Source: Thermoanaerobaculia bacterium (GTDB lineage Bacteria > Acidobacteriota > Thermoanaerobaculia > UBA5066). Taken from it: DNA of 64,000 bases. The stretch covers positions 192,001-256,000 of the forward strand of contig CAWFJJ010000005.1 of the NCBI GenBank assembly GCA_963816185.1, written 5' to 3'. The position numbers and the translations under genes were made by a program. Below the pieces are notes generated by a model, which was not told the DNA's origin, did not search any database, and saw only the letters and a program-made list of their open reading frames with translations. Positions 43,719 through 53,457 of this stretch are shown here, piece by piece; positions within the stretch are counted from its first letter, which is position 1; each line of letters starts with the position of its first letter.

Positions 43719-44740
43719 TTCGGCTTGAAGCCGCTGCCGAGCGCGAAGAGGACGTGGTCGTGGACGTAGTGCGTGAGAAGGAACGAGAGCACGACCGCGT
43801 AGTAGCTTGGCTCCGCCGGCAGGTGCAGGACGACGGTGAGGAGCAGGATCACGAGCGTGGCCCCGGTCGTCAGCAGGAGATTCCAGCCGTAGTAGCGGAA
43901 GAACTTCCCGGGCTGCGCCATCTTCCTCACGAACGTGGCTCCGGCGGCGGCATTGTCCTGCCGGAGGATGAGGTACGTGAGCCCGAGGTACTGGAACGAA
44001 TGCCACGCGTTGAAGCCCTGGAAGGAGATCGAGAGCTCCGGCAGGCGAGGGACGAGGAGGGCCACGACGACGGTGAGCGCCATGAAGAAGGCATACGGCG
44101 CCGCGAGCTCGCGGCGGCGGATCTGGTTCGCGGTGAAAACGATCCACGCGGCGATCAGTGCCGCCGTGAAGACGGCGAAGGAGTCGGCGAACCATGCGTG
44201 CTTCAGGAAGGCGGGGAACCAGAGAGTCGTCTCGCCGATGCGGAACGTGCCGGCGACGTGCCGGTACATCGCATAGCTGTAGAGCGACGTGATGACGACC
44301 GAGAAGTCGAGAAGGCGCTGCCATGGACGCGCGGCGCCACCCTTCTCACGATAGAGGTAACCGATGTACGAGGCCTGGTCGCACACGTGAATCGAGGCCC
44401 ACGTGAAGAAGAACGTGAGAAGCCACGGAAAGGCGTAGACGGTGCCGAGGATGACGCCGACCGGAACGATCACCACGGGCGCCCAGGTGAGCGCCGGGTG
44501 GATCTGCCGGAAGCGCGGCTCGAAGACCGTCTTCAGGAAGGTCGCGTACATGTGCGGGCCGCCGATGAGAAGCGTGATGAGGAGGTCCACGCCCCCCGCG
44601 GTCGTTTTTCCGAGCGAGTGAACGAGAAGCGGGACGGCCACGATGGCCGCCGACAACGTCAGGACGATGAGGTCCCAGCGCGGATTCGCGATCCACTGCG
44701 AGGGCTGGGAACGGGCCAGAGCCTGCGCTTCGGCGTTCAT
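43715..44740 (-). CDS. Multi-TM protein with four spaced His motifs (possible membrane metalloenzyme)
   Basis: 'GPHMYAT', 'IHVCDQ', 'WHSFQY', 'THYVHDH' in or near TM helices. Confidence 0.6.
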   Translation of the reverse strand: MNAEAQALARSQPSQWIANPRWDLIVLTLSAAIVAVPLLVHSLGKTTAGGVDLLITLLIGGPHMYATFLKTVFEPRFRQIHPALTWAPVVIVPVGVILGTVYAFPWLLTFFFTWASIHVCDQASYIGYLYREKGGAARPWQRLLDFSVVITSLYSYAMYRHVAGTFRIGETTLWFPAFLKHAWFADSFAVFTAALIAAWIVFTANQIRRRELAAPYAFFMALTVVVALLVPRLPELSISFQGFNAWHSFQYLGLTYLILRQDNAAAGATFVRKMAQPGKFFRYYGWNLLLTTGATLVILLLTVVLHLPAEPSYYAVVLSFLLTHYVHDHVLFALGSGFKPK

Positions 44741-44828
44741 GGTGATCGCGGGCCGAGTGGCGCCGGGCCCGGCGGCGCGAGTGTAGCAAAGGGAAGAAAC
44801 GCCTCTGGACGGGCGTTAAGATCGATGC

Positions 44829-45821
44829 GTGAGCACGCACGCGATCGCACGTCCTGTACCCGTCGACCCGTCGCTCGACCTCGAGGCGGCCATTCGCCGC
44901 CTCAAGAAGGAGCGAGACGCAGTCGTCCTGGCGCACTACTACCAGGAGTCCGAGATCCAGGACCTCGCCGATTTCGTGGGCGACTCGCTCGAGCTGGCGA
45001 GACGCGGGACGCAGGCTTCGGCACCGGTCATCGCGTTCGCGGGCGTCCACTTCATGGCCGAGACGTCGAAGATCCTCACGCCGGAAAAGACGGTCGTGGT
45101 GCCGGACCTCGAGGCCGGCTGCTCGCTCGCGGACGGCTGTCCGGCGCCGCTCTTCGGCGAGTGGCTGAAGAAATACCCCGGCCACACGGTCGTCAGCTAC
45201 ATCAACTGCTCGGCGGGCGTGAAGGCTCTCTCGGACGTCATCGTGACGTCGTCTTCGGCCGAGGTCATCCTGAGGCAGATCCCCGATCCGGTCGTGTTCG
45301 CGCCGGATCGGAACCTCGCCGCGTGGCTCGAGAAGAAGCTGAATCGCACCTTCGTGGTGTGGCCGGGAACGTGCATCGTGCACGAGACGTTCTCGGAGAA
45401 GAAGCTCGTCGACCTCATGACACGCCATCCCGGCGCGGAGGTCATCGCGCACCCGGAATGCGAAGAGCGGATCCTGCGCTACGCGGCCGTCGTGGCCTCC
45501 ACCTCGGGACTCCTGAAGCACGTCGTGACGTCGCCGAAGGACGCGTTCATCGTGGCGACGGAGGAAGGGATCCTCCACCAGATGCGCCGGGCGGCGCCGG
45601 GCAAGACGCTCATCCCCGCCCCGCCGGACGCGGACTGCGCGTGCAACACGTGCCCGCACATGAAGCGCAACACGCTCGAGAAGCTGTATCTCTGCCTGCG
45701 CGACCTTAAGCCTTCGATCGAAGTTCCCGAAGACGTGAGAGTCAAGGCGAAGCGCTCCATCGACCGGATGCTCGAGATGACGGCCGGTATGACGCTGACC
45801 CCCGTCGGCTCGCGCTCTTGA
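44829..45821 (+). CDS. nadA: Quinolinate synthase
   Basis: 'LAHYYQ', 'GDSL', 'GVHFMAE', 'GCSLA', 'CIVH', 'AHPEC', 'CPHMK'. Confidence 0.97.
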   Translation: MSTHAIARPVPVDPSLDLEAAIRRLKKERDAVVLAHYYQESEIQDLADFVGDSLELARRGTQASAPVIAFAGVHFMAETSKILTPEKTVVVPDLEAGCSLADGCPAPLFGEWLKKYPGHTVVSYINCSAGVKALSDVIVTSSSAEVILRQIPDPVVFAPDRNLAAWLEKKLNRTFVVWPGTCIVHETFSEKKLVDLMTRHPGAEVIAHPECEERILRYAAVVASTSGLLKHVVTSPKDAFIVATEEGILHQMRRAAPGKTLIPAPPDADCACNTCPHMKRNTLEKLYLCLRDLKPSIEVPEDVRVKAKRSIDRMLEMTAGMTLTPVGSRS

Positions 45822-46987
45822 GGGAGGAGCGCCGCCCGCCGCTCGAAGGGATCGTCGTCCTCGACCTGTCGCGCGTCCTGGCCGGGCCGGTCGCGACGAT
45901 GGTCCTCGCGGACCTCGGCGCGCGCATCGTGAAGGTCGAGGATCCGCGCGGCGGCGACTTTTCGCGCGGATGGAAACCGCCCGTGCTCGACGGCGAGTCG
46001 GCCTACTTCCTGTCCGTGAACCGGCGAAAGGAATCGGCCGCCGTGGATCTCGGGTCGGAAGCGGGCGGTGAGTTCGTGCGCCGCTGGGCCGCGAAGGCGG
46101 ACGTTCTCGTCGAGAACTTCCTTCCCGGCGCGCTCGAGAGGCGTGGTCTCGGAGTCGAGACGCTGCGCGCGCTCAATCCGCGCCTCGTCGTCTGCTCGAT
46201 CTCGGGCGCGGGAGACGTGGGGCCGGAAGCAGGCGAGCCGGGGTTCGACCTCCTCGCCCAGGGCGCGACGGGGCTCATGTGGATCACGGGGCCGCCGGAC
46301 GATGGCCCTCAGAAGGTGGGAGTCGCGGTCGTCGACGTGCTCGCCGGCTGGTCCGCGGTGACGGCGATCCTCGGCGCGCTCCATGCGCGCGAGCGCGACG
46401 GAAAGGGAGCCCACGTGAAGACGAACCTCATCTCGACGGGTCTCGCCGCGCTCGTCAACGTCTCGGGCTCGGCGCTCGTGACCGGCCGCGAGGCCATGCG
46501 CCATGGCAATTCCCACGCGACGATCGAGCCGTATCGCGCCTTCGAGGCTTCGAATGGCGGATTCCTGCTCGCCGTCGGGACGGATCGGCAGTTCGAGTCT
46601 CTGTGCGAGAAGGTCCTCGGGCGGAAGGACATCTCGAAGGACGCGCGCTTCTCGACGAATGCCGCGCGCGTGGTCAACCGCAAGGACCTCGTCCCCATTC
46701 TCGCGTCTCTCTTCGAAAAAGAGCCGCGTGCGATCTGGCTCCAACGTTGCAAGGCTGCCGGGATTCCCGCCGGCCCCGTGGCGGGCGTGCTCGAGGCGAT
46801 TCGATCTCCTCAGGCGACGGCGCTGGGATCGGTCCTCGAGACGACCCGCGACGGACGGACGGTGCCCACGATTCGGCCGCCTTTTTTCCTCGACGGTTTC
46901 GCCGACCCCGCGCCCGCCGCCCCTCCGCGTCTCGGGGAGGACACCGAAAGACTCTTCGCGGAGGTCGGACTCGCTCCGCCTTCCTGA
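45818..46987 (+). CDS. CaiB/BaiF family III CoA-transferase
   Basis: 'DLSRVLAGP', 'LADLGA', 'NRRKES', 'ENF', 'PPRLGEDT'. Confidence 0.93.
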   Translation: MREERRPPLEGIVVLDLSRVLAGPVATMVLADLGARIVKVEDPRGGDFSRGWKPPVLDGESAYFLSVNRRKESAAVDLGSEAGGEFVRRWAAKADVLVENFLPGALERRGLGVETLRALNPRLVVCSISGAGDVGPEAGEPGFDLLAQGATGLMWITGPPDDGPQKVGVAVVDVLAGWSAVTAILGALHARERDGKGAHVKTNLISTGLAALVNVSGSALVTGREAMRHGNSHATIEPYRAFEASNGGFLLAVGTDRQFESLCEKVLGRKDISKDARFSTNAARVVNRKDLVPILASLFEKEPRAIWLQRCKAAGIPAGPVAGVLEAIRSPQATALGSVLETTRDGRTVPTIRPPFFLDGFADPAPAAPPRLGEDTERLFAEVGLAPPS

Positions 46988-47038
46988 CCTTCCTCGGTTC
47001 GACCCAGCGACCTGGCACCGCTGGTATTCTCCGCGCGG

Positions 47039-47641
47039 ATGAAGGTCGCGTTCATCGGTACACACGGCGTCGGGAAGACCACCCTCTGCTACGACCTCGC
47101 GGCGGCCCTGAAGAAGAGGGATCTGACCGTGGAGCTCGTTCGGGAGGTCGCGCGCGAGTGCCCGCTGCCCATCAACCAGGACACGACGCTCAAGGCTCAG
47201 GCCTGGATTCTGCACACGCAGATCGCCTGGGAGCTGCAGGCCGAAGCGAAGGCGGACGTCGTGTTCTGCGACCGCGCCGTCCTCGACAATTTCTGCTACA
47301 TGCGGCGTGCGTTCACGGGCGCCCCTGCCGAATCGATCCTCGAGGAGCTTGTCCGGAGCTGGACGAAGACGTACGACGCGCTCTTCAAGGTTCCGATCGT
47401 CGGCGATCCGCGCTTCGACGGCGTACGCGACACGGACCTCAAGTTCCAGCGAGAGATTGACGGCGCGATCGAACAAACGCTCGCCGTCTGGGGCGTCCCG
47501 CACGTCCCGCTCGATCCGGCCCGACGCGGCGAGTGGGGAGCGCTCGTCCTCGACGCGCTCCTCCCGCGCCTCCGACCACAGGAGCTGCTCTTCCCGGAGC
47601 CGGGAGAGCGCCTTACCACCACGGGGGTCCCCGATGCCTGA
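47039..47641 (+). CDS. P-loop NTPase (AAA_28 / NadR kinase-like)
   Basis: 'GTHGVGKTT', 'EVAR', 'CDR'. Confidence 0.8.
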   Translation: MKVAFIGTHGVGKTTLCYDLAAALKKRDLTVELVREVARECPLPINQDTTLKAQAWILHTQIAWELQAEAKADVVFCDRAVLDNFCYMRRAFTGAPAESILEELVRSWTKTYDALFKVPIVGDPRFDGVRDTDLKFQREIDGAIEQTLAVWGVPHVPLDPARRGEWGALVLDALLPRLRPQELLFPEPGERLTTTGVPDA

Positions 47642-48569
47642 AACGACGTCCCTCGGCGTGAACGAACGCGCCCGCCACCTCGAAACACTCGCAGCCACGC
47701 CCGCCGCTCTCAGGGCCGCGCTCCGCGGCGTGCCTCGCAAGCTCCTCTTGTTCACGCCTGCGCCGGGCAAGTGGTCGATCCTCGAGATCCTGTGCCATCT
47801 GCGCGACATGGAGAGGGAGGGCTACCTCGAGAGGTACACGCGGATCCTCGCCGAAAACGAGCCGCGCCTTCCCGACCTGAACGGCGATGCGCTCGCGATC
47901 GAGCGCGATTACCGGGGGCAGAAAGCGGGGGACGTCCTGCGCGACTGGATGCGCCTGCGCCGCGAGAGCCTCCGGCTCCTCAAGAAGTCGAAGCCCGAGC
48001 AATGGCGCCGCGCGGGGTTCCACGAGACCGCGGGCCGGCTCACGATCGACGACCTCGTCGTGCGGCATGCGGTGGGCAACGACATCGCGCATCTCGCCCA
48101 GATCGATGCGATCAAGCGCCGGGCGGCCCTTCTCGAACGCCTCTCGGCCGCCCCCGCCGCGCTCACAGCCGCCCTGAAGGGCGTGCCCGACGACGTCCTG
48201 CGGCGCCGACCGCCGACCGGGAAGTGGTCGATGATCGAGAACGCCGCCCACGTGCGCGACATCGAGCGCATCTACCAGGAGCGCTTCTCGAAGGTGGCGT
48301 TCTCCGAAAGACCGGCGTTCTGGATGCTGGACAACGACCGGGCCGCAGCCCAATTGAAGTACGGGGAGTCCGATCCCGCAGCCGTCGCGAAGGAGTTCCG
48401 GCGGCTGAGGGAGGACACGCTGGTGCTTCTGCGCGCACTGCCCGACGCGGCCTGGCGGCGCATGGGCCTCCACCCGAAGCGCGGCGAGCTGACCCTCGAG
48501 CAGCTCGCCGCGGTCCTCGCGGGCCACGACGACAACCACATCGGAAAGATCCGGGAGCTGCGGGGATAA
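47634..48569 (+). CDS. Tandem DinB-domain protein
   Basis: Repeats 'GKWSILEILCHLRD' and 'GKWSMIENAAHVRD'; terminal 'HDDNH'. Confidence 0.88.
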   Translation: MPETTSLGVNERARHLETLAATPAALRAALRGVPRKLLLFTPAPGKWSILEILCHLRDMEREGYLERYTRILAENEPRLPDLNGDALAIERDYRGQKAGDVLRDWMRLRRESLRLLKKSKPEQWRRAGFHETAGRLTIDDLVVRHAVGNDIAHLAQIDAIKRRAALLERLSAAPAALTAALKGVPDDVLRRRPPTGKWSMIENAAHVRDIERIYQERFSKVAFSERPAFWMLDNDRAAAQLKYGESDPAAVAKEFRRLREDTLVLLRALPDAAWRRMGLHPKRGELTLEQLAAVLAGHDDNHIGKIRELRG

Positions 48570-48579
48570 AGAACGCGTG

Positions 48580-48680
48580 GTCGTCTCGCGCGAGCGGTAT
48601 ACCCTCCTCCTTCGCGCGTGAACTCGCTTCGCTCAGACAGCACGCGCGTGCGTCGGAGGGCATACCGCCCCGCGCTCGAC
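48580..48680. repeat. Long imperfect palindrome (REP/MITE-like)
   Basis: gcggtataccctcc pairs with ggagggcataccgc; cgcgcgtg with cacgcgcg; loop contains ctcgcttcgctc. Confidence 0.65.
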
Positions 48681-48682
48681 TC

Positions 48683-48710
48683 TTGACAAATCAATTTTCA
48701 TTGATATATT
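48683..48710 (+). promoter_or_regulatory. arsR promoter with putative ArsR operator
   Basis: TTGACA-16 nt-TATATT with ATCAA-N6-TTGAT (48690-48705) between the boxes. Confidence 0.75.
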
Positions 48711-48716
48711 GAAGGC

Positions 48717-49112
48717 ATGGCAGGACCGGCCATTCCAGCGAGGAAGACTCAATACCGCTTGGATGTTGCTCGACTCGCCCGCCTTTTCCATGCCCTGTCG
48801 GACGAGACGCGACTGAAGATCGTGGAACGGCTGCTTTTGGGTGAGCAGTGTGTCTGTAACCTCATGGAAATGCTAGCGTTAGGGCAATCGCATCTGTCGT
48901 TTCACATGAAGAGCCTGAAGGCTGCCGGGCTCGTGACCGACCGCCGCGACGGGCGCTGGATCCACTACTCCTTGAACCCCGAATCCCTCGGGGAGATCCA
49001 GGAATTCGTGGGAGCGGTCAACGAGAAGGCCACGCGGCTGGACGCCGCTCGCTGCTGCGAAGAGGAAAAGAAGACCTCGGTGGGACAACTCTACGGTTTC
49101 TCACTTTTCTAA
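48717..49112 (+). CDS. arsR: ArsR/SmtB metalloregulator
   Basis: 'FHALSDETRL', 'EQCVCNL', 'SFHMKSL', 'GRWIHYSL', C-terminal CC. Confidence 0.92.
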   Translation: MAGPAIPARKTQYRLDVARLARLFHALSDETRLKIVERLLLGEQCVCNLMEMLALGQSHLSFHMKSLKAAGLVTDRRDGRWIHYSLNPESLGEIQEFVGAVNEKATRLDAARCCEEEKKTSVGQLYGFSLF

Positions 49113-49113
49113 G

Positions 49114-49131
49114 AATCAAGAATTCTTGATT
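49114..49131. promoter_or_regulatory. Second putative ArsR operator
   Basis: Perfect palindrome aatcaagaattcttgatt with the same ATCAA-N6-TTGAT core. Confidence 0.7.
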
Positions 49132-49145
49132 AATTGGAGGACCCT

Positions 49146-49964
49146 GTGGCTGAAACGAGCATCAAGGACGTAGTCAAGGAGAAATACGGAGAAGCCGCCC
49201 GGCGGGCCGCGGCCGAAGGCGCGTCGTGCTGCGCCCCCGCGTGCTGCGGCGGGGAAAAAGACCCCATTACTTCGGATCTCTATTCTCTTTCGGAAACCGC
49301 AGGCCTCCCGACCGCGGCGGTGTCGGCCTCGCTCGGGTGCGGCAACCCGACGGCCCTCGCGAGTCTGAACGCGGGCGACACGGTCCTCGACCTCGGCTCG
49401 GGCGGCGGCATCGACGTTCTCCTTTCGGCTCGCCGTGTCGGCCCCACCGGGAAGGTCTACGGCCTCGACATGACGGACGACATGCTCGCCCTCGCCCGCG
49501 AGAACCAGCGGAAGGCGGGCGTGACAAACGTGGAGTTCCTCAAGGGCGAGCTCGAGAACATCCCGCTCCCCGACGGGAGTATCGACGTCATCATCTCGAA
49601 CTGCGTCGTGAACCTCTCGGCCGACAAGGACCGCGCGCTGACCGAGGCGTTCCGCGTCCTCAAGCCGGGCGGGCGGTTCGCGGTGTCGGACGTCGTCGTG
49701 AGAGGCGAAGTCCCGGCCGACGTCCGGAAGAACGTCGAGCTCTGGATCGGCTGCCTCGCGGGCGCTCTCGAGGAGAAGGATTTCGAGGCGAAGCTGAAGA
49801 AAGCGGGCTTCACGGACGTCGCGATCGTGCCGACGCGCGTCTACACGATCGCGGACGCGCAGGATTTCCTCTCGGCTGCGGGGATCGACGTGGACGCGAT
49901 TGGACCACTCGTCGATGGCAAGTTCATGAGCGCGTTCGTTCGAGCGACGAAGCCGGCGGTGTAG
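49146..49964 (+). CDS. arsM: Arsenite S-adenosylmethionine methyltransferase
   Basis: 'CCAPACC', 'SLGCGNP', '[10 protein letters not shown]', 'SNCVVNL', 'WIGCLAGA'. Confidence 0.95.
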   Translation: MAETSIKDVVKEKYGEAARRAAAEGASCCAPACCGGEKDPITSDLYSLSETAGLPTAAVSASLGCGNPTALASLNAGDTVLDLGSGGGIDVLLSARRVGPTGKVYGLDMTDDMLALARENQRKAGVTNVEFLKGELENIPLPDGSIDVIISNCVVNLSADKDRALTEAFRVLKPGGRFAVSDVVVRGEVPADVRKNVELWIGCLAGALEEKDFEAKLKKAGFTDVAIVPTRVYTIADAQDFLSAAGIDVDAIGPLVDGKFMSAFVRATKPAV

Positions 49965-49974
49965 GGAAGAGCAT

Positions 49975-51072
49975 GTGAGCGAAGCGTCCGCGCCGAAGCG
50001 CCTGAACGTCTTCGAGCGCTACCTCACCCTCTGGGTCGCTCTCTGCATGGTCGCCGGAGTGACGATCGGAAAGCTCCTTCCGGGCCTGACCGGCGCGATC
50101 CGCGGGCTCGAGTTCGGCGAGGGGAGCCAGATCAACGTCGCGATCGCGGTCCTGATCTGGCTGATGGTCTACCCGATGATGCTCAAGATCGATTTCACGA
50201 GCATTCTCGGCGTGAGAAAGAAGCCGAAGGGTCTTCTCGTGACCCTCTTCGTGAACTGGCTCGTCAAGCCGTTCTCGATGGCCTTCCTGGCCTGGCTTTT
50301 CTTCAAGCATGTCTTCGCGGGCCTCATCGCGCCCGGTCTCGCCGACCAGTACATCGCGGGGGCCATCATCCTGGCCGCGGCCCCCTGCACGGCGATGGTT
50401 TTCGTCTGGTCGTACCTCACCGACGGCGACCCGGCCTACACGCTGGTCCAGGTCTCCGTGAACGACCTGATCATGCTCGTCCTGTTCGCGCCGATCGTCA
50501 CGCTCCTCGTAAGCGGTGCGAGCAACCTGACCGTGCCGGTGAAGGTCCTGATCACCAGCGTGATCTCGTTCATCGTCATCCCGCTGGTTCTCGGGAGCCT
50601 GAGCCGGACGATTCTCCTCCGCGCGAAGGGCGTCGAGTGGTTCGAGACCCGCTTCCTGGCCTTCTTCCACCCGGTCACGGTGATCGCGCTCCTCGCGACG
50701 CTCGTCCTCATCTTCGCGTTCCAGGCCGACAACCTCCTGACGCACTGGTTCCACGTCGTCCTCATCGCCATCCCGCTCCTGATCCAGGTCTACTTCAACT
50801 CCGGACTCACGTACGGCCTGATGAAGCTTCTGAGGGTTCCGCACAACGTGGCGGCTCCGGGCGCACTCATCGGCGCGAGCAACTTCTTCGAGCTGGCGGT
50901 CGCGACCGCGATCGCCCTTTACGGGCCGGGCTCCGGCGCGGCGCTCGCCACGGTGGTTGGTGTCCTCGTCGAAGTCCCCGTGATGCTCTCCGTCTGTGCC
51001 GCGTGCAACCGCACCCGAGCCTGGTTTCCGCCGCCCGCTCCGGCGGTGGCCCCGGCCGGAGGGATGCGGTGA
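49975..51072 (+). CDS. acr3: ACR3 arsenite efflux transporter
   Basis: 'ERYLTLWV', '[10 protein letters not shown]', 'SNFFELAVA', 'VEVPVM'. Confidence 0.96.
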   Translation: MSEASAPKRLNVFERYLTLWVALCMVAGVTIGKLLPGLTGAIRGLEFGEGSQINVAIAVLIWLMVYPMMLKIDFTSILGVRKKPKGLLVTLFVNWLVKPFSMAFLAWLFFKHVFAGLIAPGLADQYIAGAIILAAAPCTAMVFVWSYLTDGDPAYTLVQVSVNDLIMLVLFAPIVTLLVSGASNLTVPVKVLITSVISFIVIPLVLGSLSRTILLRAKGVEWFETRFLAFFHPVTVIALLATLVLIFAFQADNLLTHWFHVVLIAIPLLIQVYFNSGLTYGLMKLLRVPHNVAAPGALIGASNFFELAVATAIALYGPGSGAALATVVGVLVEVPVMLSVCAACNRTRAWFPPPAPAVAPAGGMR

Positions 51073-51467
51073 AGACCGGCGGGCTCCTCTTCCTGTGTGT
51101 GGCGAATTCGGCCCGGAGCCAGATGGCAGAAGGGCTGGCGCGCGCGCGCTTCGGGGACGCCGTACGCGTGCAGAGTGCCGGCTCGGACGCCGCTGGCGTG
51201 AACCCGCTCGCGGTGAAGGCTCTCGCGGAGCTCGGGATCGACATCTCGCTCCAGACCTCCAAGACCGTCGACACGATCGATCCTTCGACTGTCGATACCG
51301 TCGTCACGCTCTGCGCCGAAGAGGTCTGCCCGGTCTATCTGTCGAAGGCGCAGCGCCTGCACTGGCCGCTTCCGGATCCGACGGCCGGAGGCGGTTCGGA
51401 GGAGGAGCAGCTCAACCGGTTCCGCCGAACGCGGGACGAGATCCGCGCGCGCCTCGAGACCTTGTAA
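51069..51467 (+). CDS. arsC: Arsenate reductase (LMW-PTPase fold)
   Basis: '[16 protein letters not shown]', 'LCAEEVCP', 'HWPLPDP'. Confidence 0.93.
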   Translation: MKTGGLLFLCVANSARSQMAEGLARARFGDAVRVQSAGSDAAGVNPLAVKALAELGIDISLQTSKTVDTIDPSTVDTVVTLCAEEVCPVYLSKAQRLHWPLPDPTAGGGSEEEQLNRFRRTRDEIRARLETL

Positions 51468-53282
51468 CTACGGGTTCTCGGACACGCAGACGCGGTCGCG
51501 CCCCTCCTGCTTGGCTCGATAGAGGGCGACGTCGGCGTTTTGCATGAGGACGTCGCGGCTCGAGCCGTTCTCCGGATAGGTCGCCACCCCCAGAGACAGG
51601 GTCACGGGATCCAGAACCCGCGTTCCGTGCTGCACGCGCAGCTGTCTCGCGGCCTCCCGGATCTCCTCGGCCCGCTGCACCGCGGTCTCTCGGGAGGCGT
51701 CCTGCAGAAGGATCGTGAACTCCTCCCCCCCGTAGCGGCAGGCGATGTCACCGGCTCGGATCCGCCGCTGCAGGAACGAGCCCAGATCCCGCAGAAGCGC
51801 ATCGCCGGCATCGTGACCGAAGGTATCGTTGAAGGTCTTGAAGTGGTCGATGTCCACCATGAGGATGCCGAGCACCTTGCCTTGGCGTTCGGCGCGGCGC
51901 AGCTCCCGCGTCAAGGACTCTTCCATGTAACGGCGGTTGAATAGGCCGGTGAGGGGATCCCGCACGGACAGGTGTTGAAGGGTCTCCTGCAGCTTCAGCT
52001 TGGCCAGAGCCAGACCCAGATGCTCTCCCACCCGGACTCCGAGGTGCTGACGGGCATCCCATCGCTCCGGGTCGGCGGACGCGAGCAGAAGGTGGAGCGT
52101 CCCGAGAGCCGCCCCATGGGCCATCATGGGCACGCACAGGTAGGCGGCGTGTCCGTCCGTCACGTGTCTGCATCGCAGGCCGGCCTCGATGTCCGACCGA
52201 CCGTGGATTCGTCCTCGCCGCAGGCTCCAGCAGTCGTCCGGGGAGAAGACGCTTTCGCCGACGGGCTTGTCTCCCCACGCGGCAACGGCCTCGACCGTCT
52301 GGCCTGACTCTCCGAAGACGAGCAGGGCTCCGGAATCCTCCGGAAACAGCTGCCTCGCGAAGACCTGAAACCCCGTGTGGGCCTCTGCGCTCGTGTTGCA
52401 GCTCTGCAGGAGATCGCCCATCTGACCGAGCAGGTTGATCTCGGCGTTGCGATGCTCGAGCTCCCGTCCCCAGAGCATCAGGCGATCGTTGGCGTGCTGG
52501 AGCTCCAGGGTCCGTTCCGCCACCGTAGCTTCCAGCTCCTTCCGCTCCGTGATGTCGAAGAAAAGCCCGCTGATGTACTCCACCCTGCCCGCTTCGTCGC
52601 AGACGATGTGGCTCCTCTCGTGGATCCAGACGGGTCTTCCATTCGCGGATCTCACGCGATACTCCCGAACGTAGGCCCGGCTGGTCCTCAGGGCCTGGAG
52701 AAAAGCTCCTCTCGCGGCTTCGCGGTCTTCCTCCCAGATCAGATCCGTCCACTTCATCCCGTGAGGACCGAATGACGTCTGGGCGTAGCCGATCAGCGCC
52801 TCCACCTTCCGGTCGAAGAGGTCGATCGTGCCGTCGACATACCCCTTGAACGTGACGGCCGGGATGTTGTCGACCACGATTCTGAAGTCCTGCTCGGCCT
52901 TGTGAAGACTCTGCTCGAGACTCTTCCGGTCCGTGACGTCGAAGAACAGGCCGGTGATGCATTCGATCCTGCCGCCGGGATCACAGACGATGTGACTCCG
53001 CTCGTGGACCCAGACGTGATTCCCGGACCTGGCGCTGATCCGGTACTCGCGGGTGTAGGCCTTTCCGGCCTTGAGCGCGGCGAGGAAAGCTTCCTTGGCG
53101 GCACCGCGATCCGAGTCGAGGATCAGATCCGTCCACTTCCGCTCCCGGGTCTCGAACTCTTCCTTGGTGTAGCCGGTCATGGCCTCCACCTTCCGGTCGA
53201 AGAGATCGATGGTCCCGTCGGCGTAACCTCGAAAGAGAACGGCCGGAATGTCGGCGAGAATCGCGTCAAAGTCCCAGCTCAT
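51468..53282 (-). CDS. PAS-PAS-GAF-GGDEF diguanylate cyclase
   Basis: Two very similar PAS repeats; 'DIDHFKTFND', RxxD 'RAGD', 'GGEEF'. Confidence 0.93.
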   Translation of the reverse strand: MSWDFDAILADIPAVLFRGYADGTIDLFDRKVEAMTGYTKEEFETRERKWTDLILDSDRGAAKEAFLAALKAGKAYTREYRISARSGNHVWVHERSHIVCDPGGRIECITGLFFDVTDRKSLEQSLHKAEQDFRIVVDNIPAVTFKGYVDGTIDLFDRKVEALIGYAQTSFGPHGMKWTDLIWEEDREAARGAFLQALRTSRAYVREYRVRSANGRPVWIHERSHIVCDEAGRVEYISGLFFDITERKELEATVAERTLELQHANDRLMLWGRELEHRNAEINLLGQMGDLLQSCNTSAEAHTGFQVFARQLFPEDSGALLVFGESGQTVEAVAAWGDKPVGESVFSPDDCWSLRRGRIHGRSDIEAGLRCRHVTDGHAAYLCVPMMAHGAALGTLHLLLASADPERWDARQHLGVRVGEHLGLALAKLKLQETLQHLSVRDPLTGLFNRRYMEESLTRELRRAERQGKVLGILMVDIDHFKTFNDTFGHDAGDALLRDLGSFLQRRIRAGDIACRYGGEEFTILLQDASRETAVQRAEEIREAARQLRVQHGTRVLDPVTLSLGVATYPENGSSRDVLMQNADVALYRAKQEGRDRVCVSENP

Positions 53283-53457
53283 TCCCGCCAGAATAGGAAG
53301 ATCGATCCGGACCCGCAAGCGAGCAGGGCCGAGGACATCTCAAGTGCCGAGTCTTTCTTGGCCAGCCATGAGCCCGGACCTTTCCGTTTGTCGCATGTCT
53401 CAAGGAAAGCGGAGCGCTGCAGACAGCGAGGACAGCCCCCGCCGAGGAGAGAACGCC

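Noticed and set aside
52550-53240. Direct DNA repeat inside the diguanylate cyclase gene
   Set aside because: Explained by tandem PAS domain duplication.
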